Source: an uncultured Methylococcaceae bacterium (GTDB lineage: Bacteria; Pseudomonadota; Gammaproteobacteria; Methylococcales; Methylomonadaceae). From it: a DNA stretch of 64,000 nucleotides. Position numbers and translations under genes: made by a program. Shown piece by piece: positions 50,639-61,194 of the stretch. Location of the stretch: contig CAIZMK010000056.1 of assembly GCA_903934035.1 (NCBI GenBank), positions 3,039 through 67,038 of the forward strand. Direction: 5' to 3'. The notes beneath the pieces were generated by a model. It searched no databases and was not told the DNA's origin. It saw only the letters and a list, made by a program, of their open reading frames with translations. The number at the start of each line of letters is the position of its first letter. The stretch's first letter is position 1.

Positions 50639-50736
50639 ACTATTTCTCCAAAAATAAAAAGTTAAAACTATAGGAGGGATAGCTTATTGAGTCAATCAAT
50701 TTCAAGCAATTTGATTTTTACGTTATGCTATAGCCT

Positions 50737-51993
50737 ATGAAAACTACCCATTTAACTAAAACACGCTTTTGCAATTTGGAATTGTCTGACTCTATACTGT
50801 CAGGCTTAAACGATGCCGCCTTTAATTATTGCACACCAATTCAAGATAAAGCCTTGCCTTTATTGTTGCGAAGTAAAGACATTGCCGGGCAAGCGCAAAC
50901 AGGAACGGGTAAAACCGCGACCTTTTTATTAGCCACTTTTCAACATCTAATCAATGATGAAAGTGAAACCATTAAGAATCCTAGGGCTCTCATTCTTGCC
51001 CCCACACGTGAATTAGCTATCCAGATTCATAAAGACGCCTTATTACTCAGCAAACATCTTAATCTTAAGTTTGCGTTGATTTATGGCGGCACTGATTATC
51101 AAAAACAATTGGACACCTTAAAAACCAATATTGATATTATCATCGGTACTCCAGGTCGTATTATTGATTTTTATCGTCAAAATGCTTTCACACTAGATCA
51201 CATCCAAGTCACAGTAATGGATGAAGCAGATCGTATGTTTGACTTAGGCTTTATCAAGGACATTCGTTATTTATTAAGACGCATGCCAACACCTGAAAAG
51301 CGCCTAAATATGCTCTTTTCAGCGACTCTGTCTTATAAAGTCACTGAACTCGCCTATGAGCACATGAACAACCCCATACTCATACGCATAGAAAGCGATG
51401 AAGTAACCTCTAAGGCCATACAGCAAAGCGCCTATTGCCCGGCCAACGAACAAAAAACACCGCTATTAATAGGTTTACTAAATGATCATCAGCCTCAACG
51501 CAGCATTATCTTTGTCAACACCAAACGTTGCGCAGAATTGCTAGACGACACACTGAATGCCAATGGTTATAAAACTGCAGCACTCAGTGGTGATGTTGCC
51601 CAAGACAAACGCCAACGCCTACTGGCTGATTTTCAGGATAATAAAATCACGCTACTCATTGCTACCGATGTGGCCGCAAGAGGCTTACATATAGCCGACG
51701 TGTCTCATGTTATTAATTATGATTTACCACAGGATGTAGAAGATTATGTGCACAGAATTGGCAGAACAGCCCGCTTTGGTGCAAGTGGCATCGCTATTAG
51801 TTTTATTTGCGAACATTACGCCTATTCTATGCCAGACATTGAAACCTATATCGGCCAAAAAATACCGGTAAACGCCATCACCGCCAATCTATTAGCGGAC
51901 GTAATCATACCTGAAAGAAGACCCTCTAAAGCTAAAGGCAACTACCAAGGTAAACGCCCTAGCTCAGAGAAACACAAAAAACTTACCAGCTGA
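50737..51993 (+). CDS. rhlB: DEAD-box RNA helicase RhlB
   Basis: AQTGTGKT, PTRELA, DEADRMFDLGF, SAT, HRIGRTAR; divergent from trxA. Confidence 0.92.
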   Translation: MKTTHLTKTRFCNLELSDSILSGLNDAAFNYCTPIQDKALPLLLRSKDIAGQAQTGTGKTATFLLATFQHLINDESETIKNPRALILAPTRELAIQIHKDALLLSKHLNLKFALIYGGTDYQKQLDTLKTNIDIIIGTPGRIIDFYRQNAFTLDHIQVTVMDEADRMFDLGFIKDIRYLLRRMPTPEKRLNMLFSATLSYKVTELAYEHMNNPILIRIESDEVTSKAIQQSAYCPANEQKTPLLIGLLNDHQPQRSIIFVNTKRCAELLDDTLNANGYKTAALSGDVAQDKRQRLLADFQDNKITLLIATDVAARGLHIADVSHVINYDLPQDVEDYVHRIGRTARFGASGIAISFICEHYAYSMPDIETYIGQKIPVNAITANLLADVIIPERRPSKAKGNYQGKRPSSEKHKKLTS

Positions 51994-52639
51994 TCATCAA
52001 CTCCCGAAAATCCTCAATAGAACGAAATTCGGTGATGTGTTTTTTGGGCTGCTGAGTGTCCGGCTTACTCACAGAGATTAAATGCGCTATACCAAACAAC
52101 TGCGCCGAATTCAAAACGTCTACGTTGTCATCAACCATTAATGTATGCTCTTTATCAAAGACTTGAGATTGCTGCAATAATGGCCAAAAACCAGCATGCT
52201 CTTTTGGCAAACCCAAATCATGAGAGCTAACAATGTCATCAAAAAAAGACTGTAGACAAGTCTTTTCCATTTTCAGACCCAAGCTATCTCGATGTGCGTT
52301 GGTCACCAATATTACTTGTTTAGAAGACTGCTGTAGCTTTTCTAAAAAATCAGTCACATGCGGTAAAACAGCAATTAATTCTGAAAGCTCTCGCTTTAAA
52401 GCAACAATATCCAACTGCAAAGCCTCACTCCAGTAATCTAAGCAATACCACTCCAACTGACCTTCCATGCTTTTAAACCTTGGTTCTAATTGCTGTTTTG
52501 CAAAATTTAGATCCATACCGTGCAATTGTGCATACTTTAGTGGCACAAACTCTTTCCAGAAGTGATTATCAAAATTCAAATCCAATAAAGTTCCATCCAT
52601 ATCCAGTAAAACCGTATCAATTTCTTGCCATTCAATCAT
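51983..52639 (-). CDS. yrfG: HAD-family GMP/IMP nucleotidase
   Basis: LLDMDGTLLDL, LVTNAH, SSHDLGLPKE, VDDN. Confidence 0.9.
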   Translation of the reverse strand: MIEWQEIDTVLLDMDGTLLDLNFDNHFWKEFVPLKYAQLHGMDLNFAKQQLEPRFKSMEGQLEWYCLDYWSEALQLDIVALKRELSELIAVLPHVTDFLEKLQQSSKQVILVTNAHRDSLGLKMEKTCLQSFFDDIVSSHDLGLPKEHAGFWPLLQQSQVFDKEHTLMVDDNVDVLNSAQLFGIAHLISVSKPDTQQPKKHITEFRSIEDFRELMISW

Positions 52640-52680
52640 GATGAGTTATATTTAGTATGAAAAAATCATAAAATACCACA

Positions 52681-53253
52681 ATGCCCAACAAACCGACTAT
52701 TCTTAAAAGAACGACCGTTGCTCAAAGCCGATTATTTCGTATTGAATCACTAGATATTAAATTCAGCAATGGCGAGTTACGCAATTATGAACGCCTAGCT
52801 CGAGGCAAGCCTGGTGGCGCCGTCCTAATTGTACCTATGTTAGATTTTGAAACGGTACTGTTAATAAGAGAATATTCTGCAGGTGTGCACCGCTATGAAG
52901 TCGGCCTACCCAAAGGCAAAACCGATGAAGGTGAATCCTTTCTTGAAGCCGCTAACCGAGAACTTAAAGAGGAAGTAGGTTATGGTGCTAGAAACCTTCA
53001 TCATTTAAGCTCATTATCACTAGCGCCTTCTTATTTGGAACATAGTACCGAAATTGTCCTCGCCCAAGATTTATATCCGGAAAGATTAGTCGGCGATGAA
53101 CCCGAAGAATTAGAAGTGATCCCTTGGAAACTTAATAACATTAACGAACTGCTCGCTACCGGCGAATGTACCGAAGCTCGCTCAATTGCAGCTCTCTTTA
53201 TGACCTTAGAATATTTTAAAAACTCACAAGATAAGTCATCGGTACAAGCATAG
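52681..53253 (+). CDS. nudE: ADP-compounds Nudix hydrolase
   Basis: Nudix box GKTDEGESFLEAANRELKEEVGY; divergent from yrfG. Confidence 0.92.
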   Translation: MPNKPTILKRTTVAQSRLFRIESLDIKFSNGELRNYERLARGKPGGAVLIVPMLDFETVLLIREYSAGVHRYEVGLPKGKTDEGESFLEAANRELKEEVGYGARNLHHLSSLSLAPSYLEHSTEIVLAQDLYPERLVGDEPEELEVIPWKLNNINELLATGECTEARSIAALFMTLEYFKNSQDKSSVQA

Positions 53254-53646
53254 GTGCAAATCAACCGATTCTTTTGGTTAATTGCGCCTATACAACCATC
53301 ATCATTACCAAAAGTTAATTCATAACTAGCCATTCATTCCAGAAAAACCAAGGATAACTGGGCTTGGCACAATAATAGCATTAAGATAATGTCAAAAGCA
53401 GTTGTCGATTTGTAAGATACCATTATCTAATAATATTACTACCTGATATTAGCCGATTAACCTATCATACCGACCACAACAATGGTGGCTAATCCATAGC
53501 GACATAAGAACTAATACCTTATAGCAAAGCAACACTGTCACACTATTGTATTTTTTTCATTAGATAATGCCCTCTCAACAAACCATGCCACAACTGTCAT
53601 ACCCATATAACAGTGATAATCTCAATGGCTATTTACCGCTAACAAC

Positions 53647-54990
53647 ATGAAATCTATTTTTTTTAAAGCAATCGCCTCATTAGTGCTATTGAGCTCTGTG
53701 TGCGCAAGCAATGCCCTGGCTGAAAATCAGCAAATCTCTGTTGACGAGGTCGTGTCAATCTTTTATCAACGTAATCTGGACTTAATTGCCGCCCAATACA
53801 ATATAGATCAAGCTCGCGCTGATGCCATTATTGCTAGCGCCATCCCCAACCCTACTATCAGCATTCAAATCCTCGAGCTTGCTCACAATCTCAATAATAA
53901 TGCCGCCGCAACTGGCTGTCCTTCTACACCAGGAAACTCTTGTGGCCCTGCTCAGTATTATTCATTCAGTCAATTGATAGAGGTTGCTGGCAAACGTGGC
54001 CTGCGTATAGAAAGCAGCAATTTTGGTACACAAGCAGCAGAAAGCGATTTTAGAGATGCGATACGTATCTTTTCCAACATGGTTAGGGGCGCCTATTATC
54101 AATTATTACAAACCCAAAAGAATGCGTGGCTAGCACAAGAAATTGTCGATCATTATGCTGAAATATCTAAAGCCAACCAACTGCGTATGAAAGGTGGCGA
54201 CATATCTGAATCAGACTTTTTACGCGTAAAAATGGAAGGCATGCGAGCACAATCAGAATTAGATGCTGCGTTAACCACTGTAGAACAAGCCCAAGCAGAT
54301 TTAGCAGTGTTATTGCGCTGGCCAGCTAAAAGCTTACAATTTGAAGCTAAAGAACTATGGCCTGAGGCTAATGACTTCAAGCAAACACTTTCCAAAGAAG
54401 ACGCTATCAACAAAGCCTTACAACAACGCCCTGATTTAGAAGGCGACAAACTGCGTGCAGATCAAGCCGACAAACAACTAGAATTAGCACGCAAACTTAA
54501 ATACCCAGATGTCACCATCAATGCCGGTTACTCACGCGACCCTAGTAATAACGCTCTTAACTCTGGCTTCGTTGGTGTCAGCTTACCTTTACCCTTATTT
54601 TATCAATATCAAGGTGAAGCCGATAAAGCGGCCGTTAACTTAAGCCAAAGTCGACTGACTGCAGAACAAACCGAACTTAACATTCGTAACGATGTTATCA
54701 GCGCCCTAGCGGCATGGAATAGCACCAACAAAATTGTGCAACGCTTTAAAGATGGCTTATTAGATGATGCATTAACCGTTAGAAATAGCTCTGAACTGTC
54801 TTACAGCAAAGGCGCAGCCAGCGTACTCGATTTTATCGAAGCTCAAAGAACCTACAAAAATATCATGCGTGATTATTATGCGGCAGAGATAGCCAGAGCT
54901 AATGCTTACTATGATTTTGAAAAAGCTTTAGGCATACCATTAGATACCGACAAAGCACCTGTCACTCATAATAATAAAAAAGCGCCCTAA
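53647..54990 (+). CDS. czcC: TolC/CzcC-family outer membrane efflux protein
   Basis: Signal peptide, repeated OEP segments (PNPTISI; YPDVTINAGY...VGVSLPLPLF), first gene of the RND triplet. Confidence 0.85.
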   Translation: MKSIFFKAIASLVLLSSVCASNALAENQQISVDEVVSIFYQRNLDLIAAQYNIDQARADAIIASAIPNPTISIQILELAHNLNNNAAATGCPSTPGNSCGPAQYYSFSQLIEVAGKRGLRIESSNFGTQAAESDFRDAIRIFSNMVRGAYYQLLQTQKNAWLAQEIVDHYAEISKANQLRMKGGDISESDFLRVKMEGMRAQSELDAALTTVEQAQADLAVLLRWPAKSLQFEAKELWPEANDFKQTLSKEDAINKALQQRPDLEGDKLRADQADKQLELARKLKYPDVTINAGYSRDPSNNALNSGFVGVSLPLPLFYQYQGEADKAAVNLSQSRLTAEQTELNIRNDVISALAAWNSTNKIVQRFKDGLLDDALTVRNSSELSYSKGAASVLDFIEAQRTYKNIMRDYYAAEIARANAYYDFEKALGIPLDTDKAPVTHNNKKAP

Positions 54991-55052
54991 GTTGTGCTAC
55001 CCCATCAAAACTAACAAAGACTTGCACACAGATCACGGAAATAAGTAAACCA

Positions 55053-56219
55053 ATGCCACAACAAAGAAAAAAACACTTCTTATGCAGCCTCCTAGTAACC
55101 GCTCTTCTAAGCGCTTGCTCAGATCCAGTTGACAACACTAAAGTAATCACCAAAACAGCCAGCATACCCGGCGAAGTTTTTTTGGCTGAGAACTCACCAA
55201 AAAAAGACTACATCAAAACCGCGACACTAACACTAAGCCAACATCCATTATTAGAACCGATAGCGGGTAAAATTAGCTATAACGAAAAGTTAACTTCACG
55301 TATCAGCTCACCGGTCGCTGGCCGCGTTATTAGCACACCTATTACCTTAGGAACGCAGGTACAAACGGGTTCAACGTTACTTGAACTTGACAGCCCTGAT
55401 GTAGCCTCTGCTGAAGCCGACTACACGGCTGCTGAAGCCGATTACACCTTGGCTCAAAAAGCATGGACTCGCCAACAAGAACTTTTTACTGGCAAAGCTA
55501 TTTCCCAAAAGGATTTGGAACAAGCACAAGACACCCTTAATGATGCACGTAGTTCACTTCAACGTACTCAACAACACCTAAAAAATCTGCATATAAATGC
55601 CGGCCATAGTGACGGTCACTTTAGCTTACGCTCACCCATTTCTGGCACTGTCATTGAGCGCAATGTTAACCCTGGCATGGAAATACGACCTGATCTTGAT
55701 AAGCCTCTTTACATAGTATCTGACCTAAAAAAACTCACACTACTCATGGAGGTTTTTGAAGTTAACCTCAGCAAAATAAAGTTAGGACAAAAGCTTTCTG
55801 TTTCCGTACCCGCTTATCCCGGAACGGTGTTTCCTGCCAGCGTAGAATACATTGCACAAATACTCGACGAAAACACTCGAACAGTGCAGGTTCGTTGCGA
55901 TCTACCCAACCCTGACGGTCGTTTATTACCCGGCATGTTCGCTACGATCACAGTCAACAGCGACCCTTCAGATCAAGCCATCGTCCTTCCTTTAACCGCG
56001 ATATTTACAGAAGGCGATTCAGATTATGTATTTATTGCACTTGAAGGCCATCATTACAAACAACGTGCAGTTAATATTGGTTTGCGACTAAAAGACAAGG
56101 CCATCATAACCGATGGACTTCAAGCTAATGAACAAGTCGTCATTGAAGGCGCATTAACACTGCGCGCCGAAGAAGAAGTCGAAGCCGAAACCCCAAGCAC
56201 TAGCAACAAAGCAAACTGA
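55053..56219 (+). CDS. czcB: RND periplasmic adaptor (CzcB-like)
   Basis: Lipobox LLSAC, ISSPVAGRV, LRSPISGTVIER, RTVQVR..LPNPDGRLLPGMF. Confidence 0.87.
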   Translation: MPQQRKKHFLCSLLVTALLSACSDPVDNTKVITKTASIPGEVFLAENSPKKDYIKTATLTLSQHPLLEPIAGKISYNEKLTSRISSPVAGRVISTPITLGTQVQTGSTLLELDSPDVASAEADYTAAEADYTLAQKAWTRQQELFTGKAISQKDLEQAQDTLNDARSSLQRTQQHLKNLHINAGHSDGHFSLRSPISGTVIERNVNPGMEIRPDLDKPLYIVSDLKKLTLLMEVFEVNLSKIKLGQKLSVSVPAYPGTVFPASVEYIAQILDENTRTVQVRCDLPNPDGRLLPGMFATITVNSDPSDQAIVLPLTAIFTEGDSDYVFIALEGHHYKQRAVNIGLRLKDKAIITDGLQANEQVVIEGALTLRAEEEVEAETPSTSNKAN

Positions 56220-56229
56220 GAATACTGAA

Positions 56230-59200
56230 ATGATTGAACGTATTATCGCCTTTTGTCTACAGCAACGCTTGATGGTTATTGGTGCCACCATGGCAGTCGC
56301 CATTTCTGGGGTTATTGCTTTTGAAAACCTGCCTGTACAAGCTTTTCCTGACGTACAAAACGTTTTTGTACAAGTCGTTACCCAATATCCAGGCCAAGCA
56401 CCCGAAGAAGTAGAAAAATTGATTTCATTACCGATTGAACGGGTAATGAATGGTGTGCCGCATTTAATGAATATGCGCTCGGTATCGATCTTTGGACTTT
56501 CGGTGGTCACTCTAACCTTCGATGATGGTGCTGAGGATTATTTTTCTCGGCAACAAGTATTAGAACGCTTGCATAATGCTGATATTCCCGCCGATACCAA
56601 GCCACAACTAGGCCCCTTATCTACCGGTGTCGGTGAAATTTTACGCTATGTAATCGACGCTAAAAATTTGTCTTTAGTCGAACAACGCGCCCTACAAGAC
56701 TGGGTCATTGAACCTAAAATACGAACTATGCAAGGGGTTGCTGACGTAGTCTCTTACGGTGGCGGCGTCAAGGAATATAAAGTTGCCGCTAAACCGGACC
56801 GTCTTAAAAACTTCAATATTAGCCTCCAACAATTATTCGATGCTATAGCGGCTAACAATAATAATACCGGTGGCGGCTATATAGAACATGGCGATGAAGC
56901 CTTAGTCGTCAGAGGCATAGGTTTATTAAAATCTGCCGATGAAATTGGTGAAATTGTTGTAAACACCAATGATGGCGTGCCTATACGCATTAAAGATGTT
57001 GCTGATATTAGTGTAGGCCCACAACCTCGCACCGGCATGGTGGCTATGAACCAACGCGACGACATCGTCGAAGGCATCGTCCTATTAATCAAAGGTCGAG
57101 ATGCGGTTGAGGTGCTCAGCGGCGTCAAACAAAGAATCTCTGATCTCAACGACTTTGGCCTTCCACCTGGCGTTCAAATTAGACCTATTTATGATCGCAC
57201 CGAATTAGTGGGCCATACGATACACACCGTTGAGCACAACATGTTAGAAGGTGCTGTGCTCATATTGATCATCCTAATGGTGTTTTTAAGACGTTTTGTA
57301 GCGGCACTTTTAGTCACATTGATCATTCCTTTGTCTTTGCTATTCGCTTTTATTCTAGTCGATCTAGGCGGCATTTCCGCCAACTTGATTTCACTAGGTG
57401 CCATTGACTTTGGCATCATCGTTGATAGTGCCGTGGTCTTAGTTGAAGCCGTTATGGTACAAGTCACCTTAGATTTACAGCGCAAGGTTGACATGCGCAC
57501 TATGCGCCAAACACTCCTGATCACAGCAACTGAAATGGGGAGACCGATCCTATTCTCGAAAGCTATCATCATCACCGCTTTTTTACCTATCTTTACTTTT
57601 CAACGCGTAGAAGCCAAGATCTTCTCACCAATGGCTTTTACGCTCAGTTTTGCACTGGTTGCTTCAATGCTGTTCAGTCTAACCTTTGTGCCAGCCATGC
57701 TAACCTATTTATTAGGGCCAAAATTAGCTGAAAGCCATAACCCAATGGTTCATAGCATGGAACTGCATTATCGACGCATACTAGAATGGGTGCTTAAACA
57801 TTCACGCACCGTTTTTATTAGTGCTGTGATCACCTTATTATTGAGTTTTATGTCGGTAAAATTAATAGGCACCGAGTTTATGCCCAAGTTAGACGAAGGC
57901 AATATTTGGTTAACTATTACCTTACCGACTCCCGTGTCATTAACAACCGCCAAAGAGATCGAACGTGAAGTTCGTGAAAAGTTAGAAAAATTTTCTGAAG
58001 CTAAGATGGTCTTGACGCAATTAGGCAGACCTGAAGATGGCACAGATCCCAAAGGTTTTAATAATTTAGAAGTATTAATCGACCTTAATCCCAAAGACAC
58101 TTGGCGTTATAAGAAAAAAGATCTGTTAGTGCAAGCTATGGATAAGGAACTCGCTATTTTTCCGGGCATACTGACTAACTTTTCACAGGTTATACAAGAT
58201 AACGTTGAAGAAGCTATTTCGGGTGTCAAAGGTGAAATTGCTATAAAAATATTTGGCAGTGATTTGAAAACTCTCCAAGATAAAGCCGATCAAGTGACTC
58301 GAATTCTTAGCTCGATACAAGGCGCTACCGATGTAGCTGCCGAGCAGCAAGCTGGATTAGCACAGGTCATGGTTGATATAGACCGCGCCAAAGTATCACG
58401 TTATGGCATTAATATCGCTGATGTAGAAGCGGTCATGGAAATGGGTATGGGCGGCAAAGCGGCTTCACAGTTCTTAGAAGGTGAGCGACGTTTTGATATT
58501 ACTGTTCGTTATGATGCAGACGCACGCAATTCAGTATCAGGACTAGAAAACCTAACTGTAATGACTCCAAACGGACAACGTATTCCTTTATCAGAACTGG
58601 CGACTATTAAAATTAATCAAGGCGCCTCCAGAATTAGCCGCGAAGATAATATGCGCCGTATTGCCATCAAATGTAATTTGATAGATCGCGACCAAGGCAG
58701 CTTTGTCGCAGAAGCTCAGCAAAAAGTGGCGGCTCAAGTTGATATGCCACCGGGCTATCATATCGTTTGGAGTGGTCAATTCGAAAATCAACAACGCGCC
58801 ATGAAACGTTTAGCGATTATCGTCCCCATTAGTTTAGGCCTTATTTTTGTATTGTTATTCTGGGCTTTCATGTCCATTAAAAATGCACTACTTATACTCA
58901 TGAACGTGCCTTTCGCTATGATCGGTGGTATTCTCATTTTGCTTGCTACTGGGATTAATCTGAGTGTATCGGCAGCCGTGGGTTTTATCGCTCTATTTGG
59001 TATCGCTGTTCAAAACGGCGTTATTCTTGTCTCGCAATTAAACAAGCTTAGACGAGAAGGGCAATCCTTACATGATGCCATTGTTAACGGTTCGGTTAGT
59101 CGTCTTAGACCCGTTGTGATGACAGCATTGATGGCAATGTTAGGACTATTCCCTGCGGCACTCTCAACCAGTGTCGGATCAGAAACAGCAAAACCGTTTG

Positions 59201-59298
59201 CTGTTGTTATTATCGGCGGCTTATTAACAGCAACCTTGTTGACGTTAACCTTATTACCAGCACTTTATCGCTATTTTGCAGAACCTGACGAACCATAA
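56230..59298 (+). CDS. czcA: HME-RND heavy-metal efflux pump, CzcA-type
   Basis: AFPDVQNVFVQV, TM4 GAIDFGIIVDSAVVLVE (CzcA-type D..D..E), GIAVQNG, RLRPVVMTA. Confidence 0.9.
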   Translation: MIERIIAFCLQQRLMVIGATMAVAISGVIAFENLPVQAFPDVQNVFVQVVTQYPGQAPEEVEKLISLPIERVMNGVPHLMNMRSVSIFGLSVVTLTFDDGAEDYFSRQQVLERLHNADIPADTKPQLGPLSTGVGEILRYVIDAKNLSLVEQRALQDWVIEPKIRTMQGVADVVSYGGGVKEYKVAAKPDRLKNFNISLQQLFDAIAANNNNTGGGYIEHGDEALVVRGIGLLKSADEIGEIVVNTNDGVPIRIKDVADISVGPQPRTGMVAMNQRDDIVEGIVLLIKGRDAVEVLSGVKQRISDLNDFGLPPGVQIRPIYDRTELVGHTIHTVEHNMLEGAVLILIILMVFLRRFVAALLVTLIIPLSLLFAFILVDLGGISANLISLGAIDFGIIVDSAVVLVEAVMVQVTLDLQRKVDMRTMRQTLLITATEMGRPILFSKAIIITAFLPIFTFQRVEAKIFSPMAFTLSFALVASMLFSLTFVPAMLTYLLGPKLAESHNPMVHSMELHYRRILEWVLKHSRTVFISAVITLLLSFMSVKLIGTEFMPKLDEGNIWLTITLPTPVSLTTAKEIEREVREKLEKFSEAKMVLTQLGRPEDGTDPKGFNNLEVLIDLNPKDTWRYKKKDLLVQAMDKELAIFPGILTNFSQVIQDNVEEAISGVKGEIAIKIFGSDLKTLQDKADQVTRILSSIQGATDVAAEQQAGLAQVMVDIDRAKVSRYGINIADVEAVMEMGMGGKAASQFLEGERRFDITVRYDADARNSVSGLENLTVMTPNGQRIPLSELATIKINQGASRISREDNMRRIAIKCNLIDRDQGSFVAEAQQKVAAQVDMPPGYHIVWSGQFENQQRAMKRLAIIVPISLGLIFVLLFWAFMSIKNALLILMNVPFAMIGGILILLATGINLSVSAAVGFIALFGIAVQNGVILVSQLNKLRREGQSLHDAIVNGSVSRLRPVVMTALMAMLGLFPAALSTSVGSETAKPFAVVIIGGLLTATLLTLTLLPALYRYFAEPDEP

Positions 59299-59307
59299 AG
59301 GAATTTT

Positions 59308-59634
59308 ATGAAAGAAATCCGCGCCTTTATCCAGCCCCACAAACTCAGCCATGTCACGATGGCTTTATTAGAGATTCAGGGCTTTCCTGGCATGACCGTC
59401 ATTGATTGCGATGGCTTTGGGCGCGAACGCACCCAACATATTCAAGATTACAAACCGTTCTTACCTAAAAAACGCTTAGAAATTTTCGCACCGGAGGCTT
59501 TAGTAGAGATTATTTTCGATACTCTGATGAAGGCAGCGCACAGCGGCAATCATGGTGACGGCAAAATTTATATATTTGATATGCTGGAAGGTGGTCGCAT
59601 TAGCACCGGCGAACGTAGTGCTGATTTGGGCTGA
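59308..59634 (+). CDS. PII-like protein linked to czcA
   Basis: MKEIRAFIQPHKL, GMTV....GFGR, GDGKIYI...GRISTGE. Confidence 0.88.
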   Translation: MKEIRAFIQPHKLSHVTMALLEIQGFPGMTVIDCDGFGRERTQHIQDYKPFLPKKRLEIFAPEALVEIIFDTLMKAAHSGNHGDGKIYIFDMLEGGRISTGERSADLG

Positions 59635-59645
59635 GTCAATCTAGA

Positions 59646-59914
59646 TAATTTAATAGGGCGTATGCAATACGCCCCTACCTCCATAATTTCACTGTTCACA
59701 TAAAATCAAAATTGTAGGTCGGGTTAGCGATAGCGTAACCCGACACACCACGATTATGTCGGGTTACGGCTAGCGCCTAACCCGACCTACGCAAGCTGTG
59801 TCAACTTAAGTGGAGTATTAAGGTTTGTAGGAGCGACAGATTCGCCACATTTGAACTAAGTAATTTAATAGGGCGTATGCAATACGCCCCTACGGCCATC
59901 ACATAAAATCAAAA
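59646..59914. repeat. REP cluster: REPIN flanked by a duplicated REP-plus-gene-end segment
   Basis: 33-bp identical direct repeat at 59646-59678 and 59861-59893; REPIN of GTAGGTCGGGTTAG at 59714-59790. Confidence 0.8.
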
Positions 59915-61041
59915 GGAATCATATCTTCATAATATGAGTCTTCGTCTCTCGGAATCTGATACGTTTTTAGCCAGGCTTTAAAGCTAATAGGTTTTTTATA
60001 GAGCTTAAGTTCACGTTTGATAACCGAAATATCCATCTCTAAATCTTTAATATCCCTAGCCAGAGTGCTCATCAATTGCTTAGGCGTTAAGCGTTGAAAA
60101 GACGGTATATTCAAATCTACTTTAAATAGTTCTTCAATTGAATTCGTCTCTTGCTCTAACTCTAGCAGTTGTTCTTTTAAGATCTTATTAAAATATTTGA
60201 GCCGACTGTCGGCAATAAGGCTTAATTGTGCAGGATCGATTTGCTCTATTTCTAACTGCAGAGCCAATAACAATAATAAATCTTTTTTACCATAAGCCGT
60301 ATTAACCCTCTGCATCAACTCGGTTTTACGTTTTTGTTCTTCTGGATCGGGCTCGCGATCAGGATGTAATACAGCGACTAACTTTCGATAAACCTCTCGC
60401 ACCGATTGACTCGCCATATCCTCTTCTTCTTGTAGCTTCGCTTCTTTTTCTAATTGCTTTTTTGTCTTTTTGCGAGCAGTACTCGCTCGATGTTGTGCCT
60501 TAGCCTCTTCTCGCTCCAGAATTTTTTCATGTAAATGCGCTTGAAACATTTCCGGTGAACTCATATCGATATCATCACCTAAATCCACATCAAACATATC
60601 TTTAGCAAGGTCTTTCATCATTTCAGACATAAAAGACTCCCTGTCTTCAGTAAGGCTATCGAAATCTTCCTCGCTATATTTATTAAACAGCGGCTTTAAT
60701 TCATCCATTTGATAATCTGTAATTAAGCTTTCAGATACTTCACAAATTAGATGCCTAATTTTTACTTTATCGGTTTTTCCAAACAGAGACCGATCATAAT
60801 GTTGATCCAATAAATGCACCCACTCAACCTTATGCGCATTAAAAGTCTCTTGCAAAGGCTCATAGACTTCAATCACTTTTTTTCGACACAAGGGCACCGT
60901 TTCCTGCCATTCAATTAGACGCTGCTTTTGTAAATCAATTTTCTTAGTTAGGGTATTAAATTTTTTTTGCTGTGCCGACAAGACTTTCTTTTCATTCGCT
61001 TTCGGCGTAATACTGACTACTTTGTTATTAGATGGGCTCAT
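59899..61041 (-). CDS. J-domain-containing coiled-coil protein
   Basis: SVREVYRKLVAVLHPDRE...KRKTELMQRVNTAY (HPD motif) in the middle of the protein. Confidence 0.8.
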   Translation of the reverse strand: MSPSNNKVVSITPKANEKKVLSAQQKKFNTLTKKIDLQKQRLIEWQETVPLCRKKVIEVYEPLQETFNAHKVEWVHLLDQHYDRSLFGKTDKVKIRHLICEVSESLITDYQMDELKPLFNKYSEEDFDSLTEDRESFMSEMMKDLAKDMFDVDLGDDIDMSSPEMFQAHLHEKILEREEAKAQHRASTARKKTKKQLEKEAKLQEEEDMASQSVREVYRKLVAVLHPDREPDPEEQKRKTELMQRVNTAYGKKDLLLLLALQLEIEQIDPAQLSLIADSRLKYFNKILKEQLLELEQETNSIEELFKVDLNIPSFQRLTPKQLMSTLARDIKDLEMDISVIKRELKLYKKPISFKAWLKTYQIPRDEDSYYEDMIPFDFM

Positions 61042-61194
61042 AAAGTCTTCGATGATGTTGAATATTATTCATCTATTAAACCAAATATGCAGCATCCTAC
61101 GAAATTAAATTTTATTGATGATGTTGCACATCCTTGGGGCGTCTTGCATACACTCTATAAATTCACTTATCAAATATTGCGATTGCTGTATTCC

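Noticed and set aside
53535-53600. CTGTCA half-sites as an OmpR/PhoB-type box upstream of czcC
   Set aside because: The second half-sites are poor and the 11-bp periodicity is not convincingly met.
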